Below, piece by piece: positions 31,821 through 43,341 of a stretch of DNA of 64,000 bases. The position numbers were made by a program, and so were the translations under genes. Where the stretch lies: the NCBI RefSeq assembly GCF_009914755.1, contig NC_060928.1; one strand, 5' to 3'. Each line of letters begins with the position of its first letter. The first letter of the stretch is position 1. This DNA is from the human T2T-CHM13v2.0 reference genome, Homo sapiens. The notes under the pieces were generated by a model. It saw nothing but the letters and a program-made list of their open reading frames with translations, ran no database searches and was not told the DNA's origin.

Positions 31821-32029
31821 AAATTAATTCATGCTGATATAAACTTTAAAAAATTTGAGATGCAATTAAAATACAAGATTTAAAGAAATGTGAACACTGG
31901 TTGAAAATTGGTGAGAAAACATCTAATTCTGCCAGTCATCTCTGTTTCTCATTTATGTCATGCTACTTCTATCTAGATCAGAGCAAACTCATTCTGAAAC
32001 TGTCTTGATTTTAGCTTCTGTCTTTCCAG

Positions 32030-32120
32030 GACCCATCGCCAGGAGCTGCTTTCCACTTATAGACACAAGTGGCTCACTCACTCTTCTAGGTGTTAGCTAG
32101 CAGGGGCAGAGCTTTCTCAG
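32030..32120 (+). other. Candidate exon
   Basis: Acceptor cttctgtctttccag| and donor CAG|gtattt; a weaker donor follows 32089. Confidence 0.35.
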
Positions 32121-33589
32121 GTATTTTAGCATTCGTTGTGTTGGAAGGTCTCTGCTATGTTCCTGAAAATTCATTTTATCCCCTTTTTCCTTTGCTACAT
32201 AGAAAGAGGAAGAAACCGTTATGTAGATTGTTCTGTGTGAATCCTCTTATGATTTTTATCACCATAAAACCTTTATGATTTTATCACCAGCTTCCCTGCA
32301 GTTTCATTTCACTTTTTTTTTTTACCTTATTAGTGTGTTATTGTTAATTTAAAAATAAAGAGATGACTCACTCATTAAACACTGCTCTGCTGGTTTAATG
32401 TTCCCCTAGCAATGGTCCTAAAAGGTTTCCAGATCATTTACAAACCTACATCTGATTCAATCTGATTTTAGTTACAGTCTGAGCTTATTATTACATACAT
32501 TTTAAAGCATATTTAAACATAGCATCATTTGTAGTTTAAAAACAGAGATGTAAAATAACTTTGAAAAGAGGAAACTGAAGCTTTGTAATCATGTAGATAC
32601 ACTACCTGAATGGCTTACTGATAATTTCACTTTTTAAGTACATTTTACTAAAATTAGTCCGGATGTTTTTGTTTGGTTTGTAAGGTGTATAACTAAGTGT
32701 CAGTTCCTTAAGGGAGTTCAGTCCTCATGGAGTTTATAATCAAGTAAGAGAGTCAGGTGAAATGATGAAATGAAAACACTCATCAAATATAAATGACGTT
32801 CTTTAAATGCACCTCTGTTAGACTGACTCACTGAAATCAAACCTTGCCATTCCCTAGGGAACATTTTCTAATTTATGGCCAGGACATGCTGAATGCTCAC
32901 AGCTAGTAGATTATTTTTTACTAAGTCTGCAGTGAGGCACCTGCTTGCCAAGAATTAGTTGTTGGTTCCCAAACCTATTTATGACAGTTGTATTTATTTT
33001 GGTAATAATATATTACAAGCAAATATTATAGAAACTAACGACATTGTGAATAAAAGAGTGTCTTATTTCTATGAAGACTAAGTTGAAGTCTTTGGAAAGG
33101 TTATAATAAAGGTAATAAAAATAATCAAATTATGTGTGGGCAAGATGACTACAAAAGATTAGAGAAAATCTTAAATTTTCAAAAGGTTATATACTCTGAT
33201 TATTGTAAGAATCTTTAGATTTCCATTGTATTTAAATAAAATACTAAAGCCTAAGGATTACTGCAAATAAGATGTCTTAAGACTTCAACCAGCAGATTCA
33301 TTCTTTAATTAAAAAAAGCCTTTGTTATATATAAGTACATTGGCAAATGTATACATTTTTAGATAAAATAAAAAAATTAAAACCTATATGTTTTTGACTT
33401 ATCCTTTTAACAAACTTTTAAAATTAACTTACTATTAGCTTTGCCCATGTATGCTAAGAGGACTTTTACAATGACAAGTAAGAAGAATACATTGATGATA
33501 CCTGTTTTGGTCCAGACATTTCCAGAGCCATGGAATAGCATGAAAAAAAAAAAACTTCGAAATATAATTTATTCCTTCGAATTGGAGTC

Positions 33590-34480
33590 AAACTTAGAAG
33601 CATCCATCAATGGATGAAAGGATAAAGAAAATATGGCATATATAGACAATGTAATACTATTCAGTCTTAAAAAAGAAGAAAATTCTGGCGTTTGTGACAA
33701 CATGGATGAACATGAAGGACATTAGGTTAAGTGAAATAAGCCAGGCATAGAAAGACAAATACTGGCTGGGCGTGGTGGCTCACACCTGTAATCCCAGCAC
33801 TTTGGGAGGCCAAGGCGGGCAGATCACGAGGTCAGGAGTTCGAGACCAGCCTGGCCAACATAGTGAAACCCCGTCTCTACTAAAAACTGGGCATGGTGGT
33901 GGGTGCCTGTAATCCCAGCTATTCAGGAGGCTCAGGCAGGAGAATCACTTGAAACTGGAAGGTGGCGCTTGCAGTGAGCTGAGATCGTGCCACTGCACTC
34001 TAGCCCAGGCAACAAGAGCAAAACTCTGTCAAAAAAAAAAAAAAGAAAAAGAAAGAAAGAAAGAAAGGAAGAAAGAAAGAAAGAAAGAAAGAAGAAAGAA
34101 ATATAAATACTGCATGATCTCACTTATATGTGGAATCAAAAAAAGTTGAATTCATGGAAGTAGAGTACAATGGTGCTTACCAGAGGCTGGAGGGAGGTAG
34201 GTGGAATGGGGAGATGTTCAAAGGGTACAAAGTTTCAGTTAGACAGGAGGGATATGTTTTAGAGATTTATTGCACAGCATGGTGACTGTAATTAATAATG
34301 CATTGTGTATTTCAAAATTGTTTTAAAATGTAGATTTTAAATGTTCTTACTGCGAAAAACAGTATGTGAGGTGATAGATATGTTAATTAACTTGATTTAA
34401 TTATTCTTATGTAAACCTATATCAAAACATCACATTGTACCTCATAAAATATATAAAATATTACTCATCAATTAAAAAAT
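33590..34480 (+). mobile_element. L1MA 3' fragment interrupted by an Alu
   Basis: catccatcaatggatgaaaggataaagaaaatatgg...ggtacaaagtttcagttagacagga...caattaaaaaat. Confidence 0.85.
33764..34100 (+). mobile_element. AluS with a (GAAA)n tail
   Basis: ggctgggcgtggtggctcac...; linker deletion; TSD core aaatact. Confidence 0.92.
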
Positions 34481-35119
34481 AGGTTCAAAGAGTTACTGTG
34501 AAGGCTTTGGTTGATAGTTTTCAAAGTCTTTTCATAATAATGATCTCATGTGGAATACAGAAGGACTCCTTCAACAGTTCACAGGAAAACAGCTGTGTGT
34601 TTCACAGGGAGGTAGGTCCTTTTAAGTTTGAAATGGAGTTACGTTGGTGGTGGGTGATTTGTTCTGAACGTAAATCTGGGATTGTTCCTAGATTATTAAC
34701 TCCTCAATGACAGATGTTATTGTGTTTCTCTTGGCAAGTGGCAAAAGTGTTAAACGAGATTCATGAGAATTCCACGTTTAAGCATTATTAGCTTGACTCA
34801 CTCAATGTCACCACTGTCAGCTGGATACAATGGGTAACACCTTCTTATATGGCAGTCTTGTTTTGAGATTGAGACAATGCAATAGAGATTAACATGAAAG
34901 ACAGAAAGTCCTATGTACAATGATGTGTTTTATCTGCTGGGACTGGGGTCCGGTAGACATTTGACAACTTTTGTCCACACACAGATTTCAGAGAGGATGT
35001 TTCTTTGTTGTGTCCTGTCAACATATATGAGACAAACTGCAGATTCGTCTTAAGGGAGCTGAACATTAATTCATTGATAGCCCACTTTTTTCTTCCAACC
35101 TAGTGAGGCACAGTATTAT

Positions 35120-35698
35120 TGTAGGGCATAATAAATTCCTCTTCAAAGGTTTTAGCCTGTAAATTGTTAAGTACAATGAGTTCTGAGATCCTCTCCAAAG
35201 AACCAATGTATCAGTATGTTCACCTCCCCTGTTCTTTGTTCTTCATTTGAAAGTTTAACTTCCTCATTCTCTTTGTCTCCTTGCCCCTAGTTTCAGCAAA
35301 CAACCCCCTCCTAGCCTCTATCACCTGCTCCATTCTGAGTCACCCCTGGTCATCTGCTCTGACCTGAGTCATCCTGAGTCACCTGTTCTGTAACCGTCCT
35401 TTCCACTAAACTACTCACCCCACCACTCCAGCTTGTACCTCTGCTCTCTTTAAAATAGCCAATCAGAGTTAGCTTAGACTGTGCAGTCCAACCCTAGCCA
35501 ATAGGTGAATGACACAGCAGTGGGGGCTACCTGCGTCAGGGATAAGAACTCCTTCCCCTCCCTTGTTCAGGTGTGCTTTGGCCATTACTCCATTCACGAG
35601 TTGCACCCTTCTATAGAAGTAAAAATTGCCTTGCTGAGAAAATTAAATTTATGTTTCAGTGCTATTTCTTTTGTGGCACTGAAAATTTGTTTCTCACA
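35120..35698 (+). mobile_element. LTR10-family (HERV-I/IP10, ERV1) solo LTR
   Basis: tgtaggg...gagttctgagatcctctccaaagaaccaatgtatcagtatgttc...ttctcaca; AP-1 TGAGTCA x3 and CCAAT x2; TSD ttat/ctat. Confidence 0.8.
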
Positions 35699-36479
35699 CT
35701 ATTTTCTCTATCTAGCTAAAAGAAAGAATAGTCTGAATTGTCATTACTGTACAAGGGACTCTGCTGCCTCTTATAGCTATGTAAAGTTTTACTTTGCCTT
35801 CTGATATGCCAATTGATGCCTAAAAGTTCTTTTCATCTTATTTATTAATGATTTTGTCAAAACTACCTAAAAGTGTAGATTCTAAGATATGCAGTTGTAT
35901 CCATTATAACTAGATGGATGATAAAGTCTCATTAAGAAAGACAATTGAAAACATGCTATCTGGTGTGATAAATACTTTTTTTTTGGAGGCAAGCATTAGC
36001 ACTGAATTCTTTTTAGGTCTTTTTAGTTTTTTTTCTTTTGCTTTGTTTTTGTTAAATAGTGAAATTCTGCTATACATAAAGTATATATTGTAATATGCCT
36101 CTCTTCAGGAACCTCTTGCCTACTTCCTTAGCATCTAAAACTATTTCCACCAAAAAGATCAATTGAGATGAGAACATTAACTTATTTAGGGGGATGTATG
36201 TCAATGTTGCTTTCATAATAGGTGCTACTATATACTACTGCTTAGGATCATCAAAAAGTGAATTAATAATATCATAGTTAATATGGAGTTTTAGATTCTA
36301 CCTAAAAACAAAACCTGTCATTTATTGAGAGTTTACAGTGTGCCAGGCTCTAGAACCTAAATAGATAATCTCATTTAACCCATGTATCAACCCTAAAAGG
36401 TAGGTATTATTTACAGGTAAAGAAACAGAATCATACAGGTGAAGTGACTCACTTAAGGTCAAATACATTAAAAAAATTA

Positions 36480-37595
36480 TTATTACAATTTAAAAAGTAG
36501 ATTTAGGGGAATGAATGCATTTTTGCTACATGGATATATTGTGTAGTGGTGAAGTCTTGGCTTTTGGTGTACCCATCACTTGAATAGTTTACACCACACC
36601 CAGTAGGTAATTTCTCATCCCTCACACCCCCACCCTCCCACCTTTTGTAGTTTCCAATGTGTATTATTCCACTTGTATGTCCATGTGTGTACACATTGTT
36701 TAGTTCCCACTTACAAGGGAGAATGTGAAGTATTTGACTTTCTGTTTGTGAGTTATTTCACTTAAGGTAATGGCCTCCAATTCCATCCATGTTACTGCAA
36801 AAGACACAATTTCTTTTATGGCTGAGTAGTATTCCATTGTGTATATGTACCACATTTTCTTTATCCAGCATCCATTGATAGACACTTAGATTGATTCCAT
36901 GACTGCTGTTATAAATACTGCTGCAATAAACATACATGTGCAGGGGTCTTTTTTTTTTTTTTTTTTTTAATTGAGACGGAGTCTTGCTCTGTTGCCAGGC
37001 TGGAGTGCAGTGGTGTGATCTCAGCTCACTGCAACCTCCGCCTCCTTCCTCAGCCTCCTGAGTAGCTGGGACTACAGGCATATGCCGCCACGCCCAGCTA
37101 ATTTTTGTATTTTTAGTAGAGACGGGGTTTCACTATGTTGGCCAGGATGGTGTTGATCTCTTGACCTCATGATCCACCCACCTTGGCTTCCCAAAGTGCT
37201 GGGATTACAGCATGAGCCACCGTGCCCGGCCAGGGGTCTTTTTAATATAATGATTTAGTTTCCTTTGGGTAGATACCCATAGTGGGACTGCTGGATCACA
37301 TGGTAATTCTATTTTTAGTTCTTTGAGAAATCTCCACACTGTTTTCCATAGGGATTGAACTAATTTACGTTCTCACTGACAGTGTATAAGCATTCCCTTT
37401 TCTCCTCAACCTCACCAATATCTGTTGTTTTTTGACTTTTTAATAGGAGCCATTCTGAGTGGTTTAAGTTGGTGTCTCACTGTGGTTTTAATTTGTGTTT
37501 CTCTGATGAGTAATGAGTGATGTTGAGCATTTTTTCATATGTTTGTTGCTGCTTGTATGTCTTCTTTTGAAAAATTTATGATTGTGTCCTTTGCC
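36480..37595 (-). mobile_element. L1PB/L1MA 3' fragment interrupted by an Alu
   Basis: Antisense ORF2 C-terminus (WIKKMWYIYTMEYYSAIK) and 3'UTR. Confidence 0.88.
36949..37230 (-). mobile_element. AluS (Sc-like) with an internal deletion
   Basis: Poly-T ... gtgcccggc; TSD caggggtcttttt. Confidence 0.92.
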
Positions 37596-37603
37596 CACTA
37601 GAG

Positions 37604-38123
37604 TAGGAGGTCCCCAGGCCCCAGGCCATGGACTGGTCCATGGCCTGTTAGGAATCAGGTTGCACAGCAGGAGGTGAGTGGCCAGCAAGCAAGTAAAGCT
37701 TCAGCTCTATTTACAGCTGCTCCCCGTCACTCACATTACCTCCTGAACTCCGCCTCCTGTCAGATCAGCGGTGACATTATATTCTCACAGGAGTATGAAC
37801 CCTATTGTGGACTGTGCGTGCAAAGGAACTAGGTTGTGTGCTGCTTATGAGAATCTAATGCCTGATGATCTGTCACTATCTCCCATCACCCACAGATGGA
37901 ACCATCTAGTTGCAGGAAAACAAGCTCAGAACTCCCACTGATTCTACATTATGGTGAGGTGTATAATTGTTTCATTATACATATTACAATGTATTAATAA
38001 TAAAGTGCACACTAGATGTAATGCACTTGAATAATCCCCAAACCATCCCCTCCTGCCCCAGTCCATGGAAAAATTGTCTTCCACAAAACCAGTCCCTGGT
38101 GCCAAAAAGGTTGGGGACTACTG
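37604..38123 (+). mobile_element. MER1A (hAT-Charlie) DNA transposon
   Basis: TIRs taggaggtcccca / ttggggactactg; perfect 8-bp TSD cactagag at 37596-37603 and 38124-38131. Confidence 0.92.
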
Positions 38124-38737
38124 CACTAGAGAATTAACATGGATTTGAATCCAAAACTGAGTCTTAAGAATGGCCTTTTAACCTAGTGGTTTCAATCCTG
38201 GCTGTACAGGAGAATTACCCAAGACCCTAGGAAAATTTCCAGGTCTGGGTAACATACGCTGAAATTATGAATTGATTTTAGATGAGCCACATGGTTCCAA
38301 CGTGCAGTCAGGGTTAAAACTACAGATTAATTAATGCCTTTGATTCCCTCAAATTGATGACAGATAGGAAATACTGTCCACTTTTTCCTCCTCTCTGTGT
38401 CATCATTTCAGCAATTATGAAGAGAGCTGCAGTGGATGCGTTTTTCTGATTCCCACGTGTAGTCTATGCCTTAGAAGGAGCTTGTTAGCAAATTGCACAA
38501 GTAGAGCAGTAGCAAATAAATCCATTGAACATAAGATAACAAAAACCATATTATTTGAACTTCATACTTATTAACCTAAGTAGATACAGTAAGTAAAAAT
38601 TTTAGCAAGCCAGAGGCTGGTATGAACTTCTATCAATTTTCTAGGTGAGGATTAATTTAAAAAATATATAAAGTCTATTGGTCATTGCTTTAACTTAAGC
38701 TAAATCTTGCTTAAAACATCTGCTAGAGAATTAACAG

Positions 38738-38795
38738 GACCATCCTTTCTGGAGCTGCTCAAGATCGGCTGAAGGAAGCAAAGCTACATTTCTTG
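38738..38795 (+). other. Candidate exon
   Basis: Strong donor TTG|gtaaga; weak acceptor (38727 or 38738); two open frames (TILSGAAQDRLKEAKLHFL or DHPFWSCSRSAEGSKATFL). Confidence 0.3.
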
Positions 38796-40649
38796 GTAAG
38801 AGTATTAAGATGCATCATTCCTATGGTTTTAGAGCTCAGCATATCTAATCCACAAAAGCACCTGAATAAGGAATGTTTGATTTTGCCTTTCTGTCCTCAA
38901 TATTCTGTTATCTCAAGTTGTTTTCCTGATATGTTAAAATGCTCACGCTGTTTTAACCTCCACTAATAGATATGTGAATTTGTAGAATATACAATTTTAT
39001 CCTGATTTTCATGTGGAGTGAATGCTTTATCTACCACATGAGAAATATGCCTGACAGAATTTTCTCGCTTCTGCTACTGCATACTTATTCATACTTACTG
39101 ACTTTTGTCTGGTAGACTTACTTGTTCCTGCTTATGAATTCAGTCTGCCCAGAGTTTGAACCTCATGTTGCACTGGGCAGGGAATAAAGAGCCTTTGTCT
39201 TAGGGAAGAAGAAAGTGCTCTTTTTATGCCTCAGTTCCTTTTTTCAGGTGTCCTGGGTGCTGCTACCTGGTACCTAGTGGCAGAACCCCATGCCATGGTT
39301 CATGTGGGTCCCAGAACCCTGAGACTAATTGGAAACCCATCATCATTCTTTCTTTCCCTTCGGTTCTTACAGGCTTTGGATATCTGTAAGAATTCCTCAC
39401 CCTACCACCCCATTCCCAACCTCATTAACTAGATTCATGGTCCAGATGCCTTCTGGATTCCACTACCCAAATGAACTTGCATCATACATGTTTTTCTCTG
39501 TATTATTGACCATCTTATCCAGACTCTTAATACCTGCAAGGGCTCCCCTCCCCCGAAATACCCACCTTACTAACTGGATTCATAGTACTAGAGAACCCAA
39601 GGCTGACCTGTAGGGAGACAAGTTTTCTGATAACTGTCAACTCTGGCATTTTTGTTGATAACATTTTCAATGCTGAGGTGACATATGTTTACCTTGTAAA
39701 GTAGTTATAATCTCTGGCTTCTACCTACATAACATAAAGGGAATAGATTTCTAACAGCAGCAAAGTTATTATAAATTTTTTTATTAGAAATTCCTGATTA
39801 TTTTGTAATTACCTTTTAGCCCAGTGTAATTAATTTTTTCATTAATTTCTTTGTTCCAAATCAAGAGATCAAAAGTAAAAGAAAAAGTAATATTAAGAGT
39901 GAAGCAACATGACACAAAAGATATATTAAAGTGTAATCAAAGCATTTTAATTAAAAATGACTTTCTGAAGCCTAATTTTAGCTTTTTCATTTCACCAGAC
40001 CATGTTGTGATAATTATTTTAGAGGCCAAGTCACAGGTGAAGTATACCAAAAAATACCAAGTGCTTATTTAATAATTCATTCAGAAGTATATTAATGTCA
40101 AACATAAAGCTCAAGTTTTTCTCTGTGGTTCTCACCTCTTAAAAAATAAATTTATCCCAAATGTCTGTAAAATCTTTTCTTTCCACCTTATTCCTTGATC
40201 CAACATAGAAAAATAAGTTGCATTTTTTTTTGGTAGAAAATACTGTGAAAAGCCAGGTCATATAATATAAACTGAAAGTTTTTGCCGCCCAAGTTTTTCT
40301 TAGTAATGGAATTTGGTTTCTGTGTATTGCTTTTCAGCACATTTTATGTTTACAACTTTTGGGGATTTGAAGGAAATAATACATTTATATTTTCCATCAT
40401 ATTGTTTCTCATTTCCCCCCCTTTTCTGGGAAATTTCTATGATTTCATAAATTTTTAAATTATTATAATTATTATTTTGGAGAAGAGATGATTATTGTAT
40501 GCTGACTTTTGAGTTCTTATTTTAGAGATACAATTTTTAATGCATCTGCAAAAATTAGTTAACAAATTTTAAAAGTAGTGAATGCTTTTTGCCCTCTTGT
40601 TTTTCTGTTTTTGTTTTGGGGGCCAATTATTTTCTTTTGTTGGGTTGCT

Positions 40650-41490
40650 TGTCATCAAGAGGGCCTTAAAGTTCCCCTCAGCTTGACTAAACTTTAGACA
40701 TGCTTCTTGCCTTTAGGCCTCTAAACTCACTTTTCTTACTGCATTTACTTTAGAAAACTGGCAATTATAAATTATTTCCCTGTCCCTTTGAGATGCAAAT
40801 CTTTAAAAAAGCTTCTTAGGCCGGGAGCGGTGGCTCATGCCTGTAATTCCAGCACTTTGGGAGGCCAAGGCAGGTGGATCACAAGGTCAGGAGTTCAAGA
40901 CCAGCCTGGCTAACACGGTGAAACCCCGTCTCTACTAAAAATACAAAAAAATTAGCTGGACGTGGTGGCGGGCACCTGTAGTCCCAGCTACTCGGGAGGC
41001 TGAGGCAGGAGAATGGCATCAACCCGAGTGGCAGAGGTGGCAGTGAGCCGAGATCACGTCACTGCATTCCAGCCTGGGTGACAGAGCAAGACTTCGTCTC
41101 AAAAAAAAAAAAAAAAAAAAGCTTCTTATCACTTTTGCAACCCAGGACTGTTCCTCTCCAGAACCTGGGAGCCATCCTTTTGAAATGTAATCATCAAGAA
41201 AGATAGTGCCCCTATCTCCCAGGCTCAGTATTTGGGGAAGAGTCTAATTCTAATGGACACCTTGCTCCAAGTTATAAAACCACCTCTTGTCATGAAGATA
41301 GAACAGAATGTTTACCTTTTCTCTGGGTAAGGCCAATTAGCAAACACATCCCTCCATCCCAGCTCTCCTGCACCCTTTGTTTTAGTAATGTCGAGTTCAG
41401 ACTAAGCTGAGCTCTCTCCCTTATTGCAATATCCTTGAATAAAGTCTTCCTTACTTGTTTAACATGATCTGGTGCTATTTTCGCATTGAC
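40650..41490 (+). mobile_element. MER67-family solo LTR with an inserted Alu
   Basis: gcttgactaaactttagac...gaaatgtaatcatcaagaaaga...cattgaca. Confidence 0.75.
40819..41120 (+). mobile_element. AluSc/Y-like element
   Basis: Full dimer; TSD aaaaaagcttctta. Confidence 0.94.
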
Positions 41491-42063
41491 ACCGTTTTTT
41501 AATCAGTATATTGCTTTTTAAAACCAGCTTTAATTGAGGTATCACTTACATACCACAAATAGCATTTACCCACCTTCAGTGTCAAATTTAATGTTTTTAA
41601 ATAATTCCCCAACTTTGTGCAGGCAGCCTGCACCACAATTCAGTTTTAGAACATTTTTGTCATCCCCAAACAGGTCCCTTTTTCCAATTTACAGTGAATC
41701 TATGATAGTCAATTATTTTTATGCTTTTGTTTTTCTTTATATGTCTGGGAATTCTTGGTTGTTATTTTTTACTTAAATGGGAGGAGGTAATATTCCAGGT
41801 ACCCGGTGTGGATTTCATTTGCCTTGCTTCCCCTAAAGAACTCTCCCCTGACTGGGAAGTCTGATTGACAGTTCTCTGTAAGTGGGTAGGGCTTGTCACC
41901 TGGCAGGGTTTTCTTCAGGTTGAGCAGGTGGGAAGCCAGCTATAAAGTTGTAGGACTCTAAATGCTTTCTGTTGGTCATCAGGACTTTGTACTAGCAACA
42001 TCTAGTTTTTCCCAGGAAAATGTTCACTTTTAACACCAATTGTTTTACCTGGGATATAGAAGG

Positions 42064-42068
<5 letters not shown>

Positions 42069-42123
<55 letters not shown>
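42069..42123. repeat. Compound (TG)n(AG)n microsatellite
   Basis: Direct reading. Confidence 0.97.
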
Positions 42124-42339
42124 AAACATGGGTAAGAACAGGTAAGAACTGGCACAATTGTTCTGAGGACATAATTTCAATTACTTCACCTGTTTTCAGC
42201 CTAACTTCATGCTCACAACTGATCAGTTGTTGCACCAGGAAAATCAGCTACCACCTCTATGCATCTCCCTCTCACATATATTTGATCTGAGACCTTCAGA
42301 TCTTTCCCCCACTCATTTGTTTGTTTTTGTTTTATTTTA

Positions 42340-42560
42340 TTAATATTAATTGAGCAACAAAAAATTGTATTTATTTTTCATGGACAACATATTGCTTTGA
42401 AATATGTACACATTTTAAATACATGTATACAATATAATGTATGCATTGTAAAATGGCTAAATTGAGCTAATATACATAAGTATTACCTCACATACTTTCA
42501 TTTTTTTTTTGTGGTGAGAACACTTAAAATCTACTTTTTTGGCAACTTTCAAAATTTTAA
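42340..42560 (-). mobile_element. L1MA 3' tail fragment
   Basis: attacctcacatactttc...gtggtgagaacacttaaaatctact. Confidence 0.75.
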
Positions 42561-42731
42561 AAAAGTCATTCAATACTCTTTGTTTTACCACATCTTCCAG
42601 AAGTGTGTAAAAATCTCTAGCCTGCTGATGCTGCCCCCTGTTTTCTTTACTGTCATAATTTATTTTTTATGTTTCTTTACCGTAACTTTAAAATTTTCTC
42701 AAGAAAGTCAGGAGGCAACTGCATGTGCTAC

Positions 42732-43341
42732 TTAAAGAAAGAGGAAAGAAATTAAAGAATTAAAGAAATTAAATTAAAGAAAGAATTAAAGAAAGAGGAA
42801 AGAAACATGAAAGGTGGTTTGCCAGTCAAGACAGGTTTATTTTAGAGAAAACGAACCAGAGAGGAGCTTCTGGCCAAGTTAGGTCAGAGGCACACTCTTC
42901 TACAGACTGAGAATTTTTAAGGATTCAGGGTGGGAGAGTTTATCAGAGGCTTGGACTGCTTCTGTGTCCCTTTGTTGTGCTTATTTGGGAGGGAGAGTTG
43001 TGTGTCTGTTCCCATACACTTTTCTGCAGCTGCAGGCATACCCCCGAGTCTGCTTTTAGCTTTCCTATTTCAGTGCATCCTGAAAGGAAAGGAATGTGCT
43101 TATTAAGGCCCACTGTTTTGCTGGGGCCCATTGTATGAGGGTGAAGTTTGGCAGTTACTCAAGAGACTCTCCCCCACCTCCCTCTGTGCCCAAGCTGTCT
43201 TATCTGTGTTTTACTGTCTGCTCTTTTTGGCTGCTTATAGTTAGAAGAGAAGTGATTTCCTTGAAATGCATGAGGCTAGAAAGGGAGCTGGAACTTAAAG
43301 TAGTGGTGTTTGTCCGAGATGACGGTGCTCCTGCTCTGTCA
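42732..43341 (-). mobile_element. ERV1 solo LTR, LTR19-like
   Basis: Minus strand starts TGACAGAGCAGGAGCACCGTCATCTCGGACAAACAC; the other end is scrambled into ttaaagaa repeats. Confidence 0.7.
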
